Positions 40,901 to 47,755 of a stretch of DNA of 64,000 nucleotides are shown here, in pieces. The DNA is from Candidatus Saccharimonadales bacterium (GTDB taxonomy: Bacteria > Patescibacteriota > Saccharimonadia > Saccharimonadales > DASZAF01): assembly GCA_035480055.1 (NCBI GenBank), contig DATIIB010000009.1:85068-149067 (forward strand). The letters are read 5' to 3'. The translations under genes and the position numbers were made by a program. Position 1 is the stretch's first letter. Each line of letters begins with the position of its first letter. A model generated the notes under the pieces. The model did not search any database. It was not told the DNA's origin and worked only from the letters and a program-made list of their open reading frames with translations.

Positions 40901-41244
40901 TGAAGATCCTGTGGGGCGCTACAACTATCGGTGTTACTGACTCCGGCGCGAGCTACCCAACTACCAGCGCAAATACCAATGTACCGTGGTACCTCAAGGC
41001 AACCATTACGTGTTACTCAACTTTCAGCGGTGGAACCACTTCTGCCGAGGTGCAGGGAGAGTTCTCGCTTAGCTCTAACGCGACTGGGCCAGCGCAACTT
41101 TCAATGATCGGCAACAGCTCAATCGGCCAAACGATTACAGTTAACAGCGCTCAGAACCTCGCACTTCAGTGGAAGTGGGGAACCGCCACCTCAACCCGAA
41201 GTATTACGCTACGCACATTTGTTGTCGAAGCACTCGGCCCATAA
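31966..41244 (+). CDS. Giant (3092 aa) membrane-anchored, repeat-rich surface fibre/adhesin-like protein
   Basis: The ORF is uninterrupted. A Pro-rich cytoplasmic N-terminus precedes one TM helix (IGLLLFALLFGGLFVFITM). The remaining ~3000 aa are rich in G/T/N/S/A with very few charged residues. They comprise three ~350-aa repeats, four ~209-aa repeats, a short-period repeat block and a unique C-terminal ~480 aa. Confidence 0.9.
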   Translation: MEDNLQNTGSNSGGNRLSNTTIGFSDTPNSGVQYQAPLAAPLPPAPPPPTQSLEVPPDKPVKPPRDLRKLIKPVGIGLLLFALLFGGLFVFITMKQHARKAAVANQQTVDADARFNPLSISLSDLAKAGQLAIDTTPTLSINGQLKVNNSLVISPTDKPNDAVAGQVYYDKGDNKLGYYNGHQFVFMADGNQVVHSFGGANGDITLGNNLTVTNGQLNVTLPTAQSVLSVQGQTGNVSFTGSSGIAVDGTTLSNTGVLNIGGLTGSVGLGSGLTVTNNTLQNSGIISAASGSPNVTVTNDGSGNITISSASGGGTVNSPGGTAGKIAKFTGVQTIADSLLSESGSTVTVGGNLSVTGGLTLGTLLSVANGGTGAASLANNGVLLGQGTSPITSVTAAGSGLCLVSTAGAPTFQACPGGGGVTSLDGLSGGLTLANSTGAGTTITINDASTSQKGIASFNSTNFTASGGAINTIQDISVSATPTFGRLNVTSSQATNPMLLVNNTNAGASGNLLDLQVNGASKFYVTPSGGLTLTGAIDGQTISSSATLTGTLTVSGPSNLNGGATVIGTLTANTITPTSALTVGATNQSFTLQGNSSSSITATNGANTTTVAFQAPTANVTYRFLTAAAGTYDICTTAGNCTGAGGGVSTTGGTTGTIPLFTGSQTIGDSVLTQSGTTVTVGGTLAVNTITPTSALVVGSAGQNLTLQGATTTVSSSAGGVTNSLVFATPSGGNKTITLPNASGTVAVSATGALSIDANGNITCPSCLTSAVTSLNGLTGALNIANATASASTVTINDASTSQKGIAQFNSTNFTASGGTVNTVQNINVTATPTFGDLTLTSSQASNPMLLVNNTNAGASGNLLDLQLNGLSKLSVSPGGNMTLAGTINGQTISSTASLTGTLGVAGLASLNGGATVTGTLTANTITPTGALTVGATNQSLLLQGNSATSITATNGANTTTFNFQAPTANVTYRLLTAAAGTYDICTSVGNCAGTGGGVTTPGGTAGKVAKFTASGVIGDSIITDNGSTVTIGGTLAVNTLTPTGALTVGATGQNLTLQGATTSVSATSAGITNTLTFATPSGSNKTITIPDASGTVAVSASGPIQVDAAGNITCPNCVTTSGGGGQSAVDSLNGLTGALTLANATGSGGTVTINDASTSQKGIAQFNSTNFTASGGTVNTIQDINTTAAPTFGRLNITSSQATNDMIAVNNTNVSAAGNLLKLQLNGANRFSVDAAGNVVATGTLTSGAINGQTISNAASLTGTLGVAGLASLNGGATVTGTLTANTITSTAAMTVGNTGQNLTLQGAATTITSTSGANTTTLALQTPTANVTYRLLTAAAGTYDICTTVGNCAGVGGGVTTPGGTAGKIAKFTASGVIADSLLSESGSTITVAGNLNLVTGNQYQINGTQISSADLSNDANLAKLNAAQTFTGTTNTFKNSSDSTSGFTIQNAAGRNLLNANTSTGVFTFGNITSTAAQGIAGALQLADGTNDNFGLTLNTTTLTGNRTISLPDAGGTVCLQNSASCGFATSSGSGNYIQNQIAADQTANFRITGTGQANTSLLTPLLDTATAVALNIGTNNATVINLNQSTTVAANKNITFAAGAGNFDQSNSTGTFATGTGLVNLNGNTTVASGKTFTANGAALFQSNANSATAFQVQNAAGRHLLAVDTSGNKTTLGNITSTAGQGIAGALQLADGTNDNFGATINTTTLTANRTIIVPDESGTLCLQSSGSCGFAAATGSANYLQNQNSVDQTANFRITGTGQANTSLLTPLLDTASAVALNIGTTNATGINLNQSTSIAANKNLSFAAGAGNFDQSNSTGTFATGSGAVGLNGNVTIAAGKTLTSNGTALFQNNANTATAFQVQNAAGRQILTVDTSGSKTTFGNITSTAAQGIAGNLVLADGTNDNFGLTLNTTTLTASRTITFPDAAGTVCLQSSAACGFALSSGSGNYIQNQSASDQSADLRITGTARANTSVLTPLLDTASAAALNIGTTNATAINLNQNTTVASGKTFTANGTALFKPNADSTTAFQIQPASISTPVFDVNTTNQRVGINTNAPTEALDVVGNLQVKDAATATKAYRLRTSGGALDLEAGGANLVLSVWSAADYTGTQYSQFTFHNDGSSIDAGRGIIVGGNLVTHGTGLFKNSSDGAGAVQVQNASGLSILSTDTSTGKTTLGNITSTAAQGVAGALVLADGTNDNFGMTLNTTTLTANRTISLPDAAGTICLQNATACGFAAASGSANYIQNQSSADQTADFRISGTARANTSVVTPLLDTASGVALNIGTTNATAINLNKATAVTGNLSQSGGTITLTGNNTSSVSTTTGTLTLQGAGGVTINSTNVSGASGAISLQSGNSSAGTAGNVTIDTGTTSTGTPTVNVGATNAKAVAVGNTGGTVAIQGNGTSTAVSIQSAASGTIAIGTANAANTIQLGNIANAIAQTIGIGNNATASSTTTLAMGNLLGTSTTTIQGGTGASAVGIQAGTNGTISIGTANANAVVIGNTGATGTNSITVGQSTASNTINIGNATTATGNTQTINLGTAATGTGKATITVGNTNGGSALNLQAGTGNTNVLTNTSVTSSPMFLLQNAGAGDAGLEVKTANAGSSYYVGVDASNGNAFNINSYTAATQNGTAYVFGQQTPNASTDSNAGVIETSDFTTSTAGSISAITMDFSNVATVGDTVSVGLYTDSAGSPGTLLASSGTQTINITSAGGHNLNTVSIPTTALSATTKYWLAFNTSGLDPYWQGANNSGHSIKYLTHANTSWPASFGTPGGTDSNTVLTVYGTVTPSGSLTDTYTNSLFNLTQGGVATFRNASNSTGGFQVQNASSVNQLAIDTTNSRVILGTSDGDTTGTLLVLGTKTTSGDPTEVDGAMYYNNATESFRCGVNGAWYSCLGGMRYSQTSQGNQSGNLPPASDTVANTVTATTFNDKYSVPAGDCTPGRVYRITAGGVITFPSTSGSPANDISVKILWGATTIGVTDSGASYPTTSANTNVPWYLKATITCYSTFSGGTTSAEVQGEFSLSSNATGPAQLSMIGNSSIGQTITVNSAQNLALQWKWGTATSTRSITLRTFVVEALGP
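32900..36170 (+). repeat. Intragenic tandem repeat type A: three full units of ~1.05-1.08 kb plus partial flanks
   Basis: Units start at 33225, 34279 and 35354. Each encodes V(T/D)SL(D/N)GL(S/T)G.L..AN...TINDASTSQKGIAQFNSTNFTASGG.(V/I)NT(I/V)Q(D/N)I, ...LLVNNTNAGASGNLLDLQ.NG, ...TAAAGTYDICT..GNC.G.GGGV and ...GNITCP.C. DNA identity between units is ~80-85% by eye. Confidence 0.85.
36283..38900 (+). repeat. Intragenic tandem repeat type B: 627-nt (209-aa) units
   Basis: Units start at 36283, 36910 and 37537, giving an exact 627-nt period. A fourth starts at 38422 after a ~375-nt unique insert (38047-38421). The unit motif is F(K/Q)N..(D/N)....F.(I/V)QNA.G...L..DTS..KTT.GNITSTAAQGIAG.L.LADGTNDNFG...NTTTLT.NRTI..PD..GT.CLQ.S..CGFA...GS.NY(I/L)QNQ...DQ(T/S)A(N/D)(F/L)RI(T/S)GT..ANTS.(L/V)TPLLDTA...ALNIGT.NAT.INLN. 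Confidence 0.85.
38900..39760 (+). repeat. Intragenic short-period degenerate repeat block (beta-helix-like)
   Basis: The block contains runs such as GTIAIGTANAANTIQLGN, GTISIGTANANAVVIGN, NTINIGNATTATGNTQTINLG and KATITVGNTNGG, with a ~15-20-aa periodicity. Confidence 0.6.
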
Positions 41245-41272
41245 TGCACTTAAAAAATATAAGGAGAACGAG

Positions 41273-41839
41273 ATGAAATATCTCAAAAAACTACCTATAA
41301 AATCAGTAAGCCAGAAAGGGAGATTTGTGCTGGCAGTCGTCATTGGCGCAGTGGTTGGTGGAGCATCGACCGCCATTGTGCAGGCCGCAATTCCGAGTAG
41401 TAATGGGACAATTAGCGGCTGTTACAGCAAAGTGACAGGCGCCCTAAAAGTAAAGGACACCGAGGCCGGGCAAACGTGTACCGGATTGGAGAACAGTATT
41501 AGCTGGCCATCGCAAGGCGGCGGTTCGCAGCAAGCGATAAGTTATGTACGACTAAACGCCGACGGAACTCTCGATACTAGCTACTCTCGTGGCGTACAGA
41601 CTGCCGACCTAGTGCCTATACCAAACAGCGATCCTATTGTTTACAATCTATGTCTTAAGATGAGCACAACGCCTAAAGCTGCGCTAAAGAACGGCACACA
41701 TTACGGTGGCTTACCCCTTGCAGCGGGAGACCCTAACCAAGCTTCCGAGATACAAGACTCATGTGGTTCAGGCTATAATGCAGAGTTGGCAAGTTTGAGC
41801 CCGCCATATGAAACCCAAATTGGTATTTACTTCAACTAA
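41273..41839 (+). CDS. Hypothetical small secreted or N-terminally anchored protein
   Basis: The ATG at 41273 follows an AAGGAGA SD, 28 nt after the giant ORF's stop. It has an N-terminal TM/signal anchor (FVLAVVIGAVVGGASTAIVQAA) and the Cys-containing motif GTISGCYSKVTGALKVKD...QTCTGLENSISW. Confidence 0.7.
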   Translation: MKYLKKLPIKSVSQKGRFVLAVVIGAVVGGASTAIVQAAIPSSNGTISGCYSKVTGALKVKDTEAGQTCTGLENSISWPSQGGGSQQAISYVRLNADGTLDTSYSRGVQTADLVPIPNSDPIVYNLCLKMSTTPKAALKNGTHYGGLPLAAGDPNQASEIQDSCGSGYNAELASLSPPYETQIGIYFN

Positions 41840-41844
41840 AGGAG

Positions 41845-42396
41845 TTAATTCGGCACCTTCACCAACGCTTCAGCAATCTGCTGGAGCGTTTTGGTTGAGA
41901 CATCCGTGGGAGCATTGAGGATAATCCAGGTTCCGGTTTTGTCATTACTCACCAGACTGGCAACATGAACCGTTTTTTGGGCATCGGTTAATTTGCCAAC
42001 CGTGCCTTGGCCAGCTTGAGCCGTAATGTGGCTGGCATCTTCAAAGTTTTTAGTAAAAGTTCCCATGTCAAAGCCAGACGGAACCGCTTGCTGGCTCATA
42101 TAAATTGGCGGCTTGCCCTTGGCGGTGAATGACATCACCGTCACGCCTTTTTGAGGCTGCGACACCCGGCTCGGATCCATGGTGTAACCGCCCGGCAGTT
42201 TGGTTGGGTAATACAGCTGCGTCTGCGCGTTAGATTGCACCAGCACCGTAAAGGGGTTCTTCTGCGTATGGCGATGCAGTAAAGTATACACACCAGCAAG
42301 TCCCGCGACCACCAAAATGGTGCTGAAGCAACCCACCAACACCGCGCTCAGCGGCAGCGAACGACGTACTTTCATATTGCTTATTGTAACAAACAA
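41845..42396 (-). CDS. Hypothetical N-terminally membrane-anchored protein
   Basis: It has one TM helix (LSAVLVGCFSTILVVAGLAGVYTLL) and a ~130-aa ectodomain. It is convergent with the preceding gene, separated by a 5-nt gap. An alternative start lies at 42375. Confidence 0.65.
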   Translation of the reverse strand: MFVTISNMKVRRSLPLSAVLVGCFSTILVVAGLAGVYTLLHRHTQKNPFTVLVQSNAQTQLYYPTKLPGGYTMDPSRVSQPQKGVTVMSFTAKGKPPIYMSQQAVPSGFDMGTFTKNFEDASHITAQAGQGTVGKLTDAQKTVHVASLVSNDKTGTWIILNAPTDVSTKTLQQIAEALVKVPN

Positions 42397-42435
42397 CGTG
42401 CAAATAGTGCGCCTCTCGCGTAGCTCAACATTTTA

Positions 42436-42444
42436 TGCTATAAT
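42436..42444 (+). promoter_or_regulatory. Extended -10 promoter TGcTATAAT upstream of fusA
   Basis: An exact TGCTATAAT lies 63 nt before the fusA ATG. A GAAGGA SD sits 7 nt before the start. Confidence 0.5.
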
Positions 42445-42507
42445 TTGGGGAAAGCGATCTTTTTTTGTGTCTCAAAATATAGATTTATAAAGTAATGAAG
42501 GAACTGT

Positions 42508-44610
42508 ATGGCCGCCACCAAAACACCACTGGATAAAATTCGTAACATCGGCATTATTGCTCACATTGATGCTGGCAAGACTACTACCACTGAGGGTATT
42601 TTGTATCGCACCGGCATGGTGCACAAAATTGGCGAAGTTCACGAAGGTGAAGCCACCATGGACTGGATGGAGCAAGAGCGCGAACGCGGTATCACCATTA
42701 CCAGTGCAGCTACCACGTGTTTTTGGACACCAGATGGTGGTAACTTTGGCAACCAAGAACACCGTATTAACATTATCGACACTCCTGGTCACATCGACTT
42801 TACGGTTGAAGTAGAACGCAGCCTTCGCGTACTTGACGGCGCAGTGACCGTTTTTGACGGCAAGATGGGTGTGGAATCACAGTCCGAAACCGTCTGGCGC
42901 CAAGCTGACAAATACGGCGTGCCTCGTATCTGTTTTATCAACAAGATCAACCAAACTGGTGGTGACTTTTACAAGAGTTTGGAGAGCATCCACGCTCGTC
43001 TTAACAAACGTGCCTACCCAATTCATTTGCCAATTGGCTTTGAACAAAGTATCAACGGCGTGATCGACCTCATCAGCATGAAAGCCTACACCTACAAAGA
43101 TTACACCGACCACGAACTGGTTGAAGGTGAAATCCCGGAAGACATGAAGGAAAAGGCTGCCCGTTACCGCGAGCACCTCATTGAAGCTGCGATCGAAATC
43201 GACGACGCTTTGTTGGAGCGCTACCTCGAAACAGGCGAGATTACCGAAGCCGAACTTCGCGGTGCGGTTCGTCAGTCAGTCCTTTCTGGCCAATTCTACG
43301 CCGTTACCGGTGGCGACGGCCGTGGGGTGATCGTGCAGAAATTGCTCGACGCCATTGTTGACTTCCTGCCTTCACCAATCGACGCCGGCGCAGTTTGGGG
43401 CACCCACCCCAAGACTGGCGAAGAAATCAGCCGCGAGCCAGACACTGCGCAACCATTTGCCGCATTGGCTTTTAAAATCGCTACCGACCCGTTTGTTGGT
43501 AAGCTCGCGTTCTTCCGCGTCTACTCAGGCAAGGTAGAAGCTGGCAGCTACATCTTTAACAGCTCCACCGGCGAGAAAGAGCGCGTTGGCCGCATCGTCC
43601 GTATACACGCCGACAAGCGCGAAGATGTCACCGAAGTCTCAGCTGGTGACATTGCCGCCATCGTAGGCCTCAAGGGCACCACAACCGGCAACACACTTTG
43701 CGACCAAGGCAACCCGATCATCCTGGAAAGCATTACCTTCCCAGAACCACCGGTCAGCATTGCGATCGAACCAAAGACCAAAGCCGACCAAGAAAAAATG
43801 GGTATCGCCCTCCAACGTCTTGCTGAAGAAGACCCAACCTTCCGCGTCCGCGTTGACCACGAGACCAACCAGACCATCATCAGCGGTATGGGCGAGTTGC
43901 ACCTCGAAATCATCGTGGACCGCATGAAGCGCGAATTCAAAGTGGAGGCCAACATTGGCCAGCCACAAGTTGCGTACCGCGAAACCATCAAGAAACAGGT
44001 TGAAGTTGAAGGTAAATACATCAAGCAGTCTGGTGGCCGCGGCCAATACGGTCATGTCTGGCTACGTATTGAACCAAACGAAACCGGTGCTGGCTTTGAA
44101 TTTGCAGACGAGATCAAAGGTGGTGTGGTGCCGCAGGAATACCGCACACCAGTTAAGAACGGTATCGAAGAAACCCTTAAAGGTGGTGTCATTGCTGGTT
44201 ACCCAGTGGTCGACGTGAAGGCAACTCTGTACGACGGTAGCTACCACGAAGTCGACTCCAACGAACTAGCCTTTAAGATGGCTGGTGCGCTTGCCACTCG
44301 TGATGGTGTCAAGAAAGCTTCGCCAGTCTTGCTTGAACCAATCATGAAGGTGGTAGTAGTTACCCCTGAAGCCTTCATGGGCGACGTCATCGGTGACCTC
44401 AACTCCAAGCGTGGCCGCATTGAAAGTATGGAAGATCTGCCATCAGGCATCAAAGAAATTACCGCTTTTGTCCCACTAGGCGAAATGTTCGGTTACACCA
44501 CCAGCCTGCGCAGCATGACTCAAGGTCGTGCCAGCTCCAGCATGGAACTTGACCACTATGACGAGGTTCCACCACACGTGACTGAAGCGATTATCGCCAA
44601 GAAGGCGTAA
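42508..44610 (+). CDS. fusA: Elongation factor G
   Basis: It has [28 protein letters not shown] and the full five-domain length of 700 aa. Confidence 0.97.
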   Translation: MAATKTPLDKIRNIGIIAHIDAGKTTTTEGILYRTGMVHKIGEVHEGEATMDWMEQERERGITITSAATTCFWTPDGGNFGNQEHRINIIDTPGHIDFTVEVERSLRVLDGAVTVFDGKMGVESQSETVWRQADKYGVPRICFINKINQTGGDFYKSLESIHARLNKRAYPIHLPIGFEQSINGVIDLISMKAYTYKDYTDHELVEGEIPEDMKEKAARYREHLIEAAIEIDDALLERYLETGEITEAELRGAVRQSVLSGQFYAVTGGDGRGVIVQKLLDAIVDFLPSPIDAGAVWGTHPKTGEEISREPDTAQPFAALAFKIATDPFVGKLAFFRVYSGKVEAGSYIFNSSTGEKERVGRIVRIHADKREDVTEVSAGDIAAIVGLKGTTTGNTLCDQGNPIILESITFPEPPVSIAIEPKTKADQEKMGIALQRLAEEDPTFRVRVDHETNQTIISGMGELHLEIIVDRMKREFKVEANIGQPQVAYRETIKKQVEVEGKYIKQSGGRGQYGHVWLRIEPNETGAGFEFADEIKGGVVPQEYRTPVKNGIEETLKGGVIAGYPVVDVKATLYDGSYHEVDSNELAFKMAGALATRDGVKKASPVLLEPIMKVVVVTPEAFMGDVIGDLNSKRGRIESMEDLPSGIKEITAFVPLGEMFGYTTSLRSMTQGRASSSMELDHYDEVPPHVTEAIIAKKA

Positions 44611-44613
44611 CTG

Positions 44614-45666
44614 TTAGTCCCAAAGATCCGACTGAACAACAAACCGTAGGTCTCTGTATGGTTCATCTGTCGCAATCTCTGGATGCGAAAAGTATATCGG
44701 CCGATCTTCAGTCCAACTGGAATCATGGACGGTTGGGACACAGGACCGGGATGAATGACTGACATAAAGTCCGGGCCCCACCACAAATCCCAGATGATAT
44801 TGAGTGTAAGGCTCGGGGAACCATGCTACGACATCTCCGATTCGCTCCTCTTCATCAGGCTCCCAGCCATTCTCTCGCATGCATTGCATCGTGGATTCGG
44901 TAGTGGCATGTGCGCAAGGGAGTAAACCTTGGTCTTCAAGAACGTTGCTCACGAAGAAAGCGCAAGATTCTCTCCCGTCTTCGAGCACATCTACTTCTTC
45001 GCCAGTTTCTGGGTCGCGTACGTAGTAGTGCTGGTAGTCAGTGCTCCCAACCTCTCCAGCGATAGCTGACATAAGTTCAGTATGCTCAGGACTTAGTTCC
45101 AGCTCGTCTGGCAGGGGTAGCTCCGAGGTTTCGTTTGAGCGCACGATAGCAAGATCGGCGCGTTCAGAAGGAGTTTCCGTAAGTTGAAAATCTGCCTTAT
45201 CTTCGACAGGGATGCTTACTTGTTCTGGCCTTGACGATTCTGCCGCCGCAACCGTGGCTGCTACAGCGATTGGGCCCGGCGCTGGAGCTTCGAATGTCAG
45301 GGCAAGTGGTGCCTCTTCTGAGCTAGACTCGTCTATAGGTGATCTGGGTATTTTCCCCTCAGTACCTTCTGGCTCGAAGATCTCAAGGTTAGTTGGAAGC
45401 GCTGCGCGAGAAATTTTATCAGCCACAGAAGTCGCCGCGCCTTTATTCATTTCCGTGTCGGCTGGATCTTCCAGAATAGACCCGGCGGGTCTGGCTTCTT
45501 CTATAGAACGTTGCAGCGCGGCCTGAAATGCATTGCCATCGTCTTCTGCGGCACCATCAGAAGTTGCCCCCGAAAGAGGCGCGGATTGTTCGGGATAATT
45601 AGCCAGGTCGTTGTAAGTAAACTCTTCTGCAGCCATAGAATAGCTGCTATGATACCACAAAAGCAT
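44614..45666 (-). CDS. Hypothetical protein with an acidic, low-complexity N-terminal ~210 aa and a C-terminal NlpC/P60-like (papain-fold) domain
   Basis: There is no signal peptide. The C-terminal segment reads ...GRESCAFFVSNVLEDQGLL...ERIGDVVAWFPEPYTQYHLGFVVGPGLYVSHSS, matching the Cys...GD-hydrophobic...H-hydrophobic-G...H order of NlpC/P60/CHAP-type hydrolases. An alternative start (MAAEEF) at 45636 is preceded by TGgTATCAT. Codon usage looks atypical. Confidence 0.7.
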   Translation of the reverse strand: MLLWYHSSYSMAAEEFTYNDLANYPEQSAPLSGATSDGAAEDDGNAFQAALQRSIEEARPAGSILEDPADTEMNKGAATSVADKISRAALPTNLEIFEPEGTEGKIPRSPIDESSSEEAPLALTFEAPAPGPIAVAATVAAAESSRPEQVSIPVEDKADFQLTETPSERADLAIVRSNETSELPLPDELELSPEHTELMSAIAGEVGSTDYQHYYVRDPETGEEVDVLEDGRESCAFFVSNVLEDQGLLPCAHATTESTMQCMRENGWEPDEEERIGDVVAWFPEPYTQYHLGFVVGPGLYVSHSSRSCVPTVHDSSWTEDRPIYFSHPEIATDEPYRDLRFVVQSDLWD

Positions 45667-45677
45667 GGCAAAAACCC

Positions 45678-45706
45678 TTTACATTTCCCTCAGTTAGCTC
45701 TATAAT
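45678..45706 (+). promoter_or_regulatory. tuf promoter TTTACA-17-TATAAT
   Basis: A near-consensus -35 (45678-45683), a 17-nt spacer and a consensus -10 (45701-45706) are present. The ~60-nt leader carries a TAGGAGA SD. Confidence 0.6.
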
Positions 45707-45769
45707 TTAACCATCTGTCGTGGGGTATAGTATTCTACGCGTAAAAAGATAAGTAATTAGGAGATATAA

Positions 45770-46957
45770 ATGGCCGCTCAATTCGACCGAACTAAGCCGC
45801 ATGTTAACGTTGGAACCATGGGTCACGTTGACCACGGTAAAACCACTTTAACTGCAGCAATCACCGCAGTACTCGCTAAGAAACTTCCTAGCGACGTCAA
45901 CAAAGCCGTTAAATACGACGAAATCGACAAAGCTCCTGAAGAGCGTGCACGTGGTATTACCATTGCAACTTCACACCAGGAATACGAGAGCGAAAAGCGT
46001 CACTACGCACACGTCGACATGCCAGGTCACGCCGACTACGTTAAGAACATGATCACCGGTGCTGCACAGGTTGATGGTGCTATCCTCGTGGTTTCTGCTG
46101 CTGATGGCCCTATGCCTCAGACTCGCGAACACGTTCTTTTGGCTCGTCAGGTTGGTGTGCCAAAGATCGTTGTCTTCCTTAACAAGATGGACATGGCTGA
46201 CCCAGAGTTGGTTGAATTGGTTGAGATGGACGTTCGCGAACTTCTTACCAAGAACGGCTTCGACGGCGACAACGTTCCTATGATCAAGGGTTCTGCCCTC
46301 AAGGCTCTCGATGGCAATGCTGCTGACGAAGACGCCATTATGGAACTCGTCAAAGCTATGGACGACTACATCGAAGAGCCAGTGCGCGACCTCGACAAGC
46401 CATTCCTGATGCCAATCGAAGATGTCTTCTCAATCAAAGGTCGTGGCACTGTTGCCACCGGTCGTATCGAGCAAGGTATCGTCAAGCTGAACGACGAAGT
46501 TGAAATCGTTGGTGTCCGTGACACCAAGAAGTCAGTTGTAACCGGCATCGAAGCTTTCAAGAAAGCTCTCGACCAAGGTCAAGCTGGTGACAACGCCGGT
46601 GTTCTGCTGCGCGGTATTGAGCGCGACGACATTGAGCGCGGTCAGGTACTCGCCAAGCCAGGTACGGTAACTCCTCACACTGAGTTTGACGCTGAAGTCT
46701 ACATTCTTACCAAAGAAGAAGGCGGCCGTCACACTCCATTCTTCAAGGGTTACAAGCCACAGTTTTACTTCCGCACCACTGACGTGACCGGCGAAGTTGA
46801 ACTTCCAGCCGACAAAGAAATGGTCATGCCAGGCGACACCATTACCTTTAAGGTAAAACTGCTCGCCCCAATCGCCATGGACGAAGGTCTTCGCTTCGCA
46901 ATCCGCGAAGGTGGCCGAACCGTCGGCGCCGGTGTGGTAACTAAGATCACTAAATAA
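45770..46957 (+). CDS. tuf: Elongation factor Tu
   Basis: It has [21 protein letters not shown] and NKMD, and is 395 aa. Confidence 0.98.
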   Translation: MAAQFDRTKPHVNVGTMGHVDHGKTTLTAAITAVLAKKLPSDVNKAVKYDEIDKAPEERARGITIATSHQEYESEKRHYAHVDMPGHADYVKNMITGAAQVDGAILVVSAADGPMPQTREHVLLARQVGVPKIVVFLNKMDMADPELVELVEMDVRELLTKNGFDGDNVPMIKGSALKALDGNAADEDAIMELVKAMDDYIEEPVRDLDKPFLMPIEDVFSIKGRGTVATGRIEQGIVKLNDEVEIVGVRDTKKSVVTGIEAFKKALDQGQAGDNAGVLLRGIERDDIERGQVLAKPGTVTPHTEFDAEVYILTKEEGGRHTPFFKGYKPQFYFRTTDVTGEVELPADKEMVMPGDTITFKVKLLAPIAMDEGLRFAIREGGRTVGAGVVTKITK

Positions 46958-47000
46958 CCTTCACAGGTAGTACATTAACAAGAGAACAGGAACCAGCAAT

Positions 47001-47324
47001 ATGACCGCAGCAACCCCAACTAAGCAGCGAATTCGCATCAGCCTTAAGGCCTATGATCAAAAAGTGATTGACCAAGCCGCCCGGCAGATCGTGGAAACCG
47101 TTTTACGAACCGGTGCATCGGTCGCTGGTCCTGTTCCTCTTCCTACCAAACGAAGCACTTACACGGTTATCAAAAGCCCACACGTCTATAAAAAAGGCGG
47201 TGAGGCATTCGAAATCCGCGTGCACAAACGCCTGATCGACGTCAGCGACCCAACCCCAAAGACGATCGACAGCTTGCAGAATCTGAGCATTCCTGCAGGA
47301 TGCGACATCGAAATTCGCATGTAA
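47001..47324 (+). CDS. rpsJ: 30S ribosomal protein S10
   Basis: It has [25 protein letters not shown]...GPVPLPT...[23 protein letters not shown]. Confidence 0.96.
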   Translation: MTAATPTKQRIRISLKAYDQKVIDQAARQIVETVLRTGASVAGPVPLPTKRSTYTVIKSPHVYKKGGEAFEIRVHKRLIDVSDPTPKTIDSLQNLSIPAGCDIEIRM

Positions 47325-47355
47325 ACGTGCACCCTGCTTTCGCGGCAGCACTATG

Positions 47356-47386
47356 GCCGGTTTCAATCTTGAGACCGGCTATTTTT
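47356..47386 (+). terminator. Intrinsic terminator after rpsJ
   Basis: A 10-bp stem, GCCGGTTTCA-atct-TGAGACCGGC (one G-U pair), is followed by TATTTTT. Confidence 0.75.
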
Positions 47387-47428
47387 GTGTCGGACTGTAA
47401 TAGAATAGCCAGCTCCTCACAGATACGC

Positions 47429-47434
47429 TACAAT
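47429..47434 (+). promoter_or_regulatory. -10 box TACAAT, 7 nt upstream of the 47442 ATG
   Basis: The sequence is gcTACAAT, then aatactt, then ATG. There is no SD, which suggests a leaderless architecture. Confidence 0.35.
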
Positions 47435-47441
47435 AATACTT

Positions 47442-47717
47442 ATGCCTAAAAAGAAACAAACATCCAAGTCAAAAACCGAAGGCGATGGCGCCTATTTCCT
47501 CAAAGTCGTCTTATTTCTGATCCTCGGAACCTTTTGGTTACGAATTAGCGACGCAAACATCGGCCCATTCCAGCACGTCAGCATTCCTGTCGGCCTGCTG
47601 ATCGGATTACTATTTGCGATGCATGAACACTTCCAGATCGACCGCAAAATGGAGTATGCCTTGCTTTTGATGGCAACGATCATGAGCTTTTATTTGCCGA
47701 TGGGCATTGTCGTTTAG
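47442..47717 (+). CDS. Hypothetical small membrane protein (91 aa, ~3 TM helices)
   Basis: A Lys-rich N-terminus is followed by hydrophobic segments (YFLKVVLFLILGTFWL, VSIPVGLLIGLLFAM, ALLLMATIMSFYLPMGIVV). Confidence 0.6.
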   Translation: MPKKKQTSKSKTEGDGAYFLKVVLFLILGTFWLRISDANIGPFQHVSIPVGLLIGLLFAMHEHFQIDRKMEYALLLMATIMSFYLPMGIVV

Positions 47718-47755
47718 ATTGCGCTGAGCGCCGTCGGCCTATATCATAAAGGCGC

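Noticed and set aside
31966-41244. The giant protein has a very high density of N-x-S/T sequons, which might indicate N-glycosylation as in HMW1-type adhesins.
   Set aside because: The protein is so rich in Asn, Thr and Ser that a high sequon count is expected from composition alone. No glycosyltransferase gene is present in the window.
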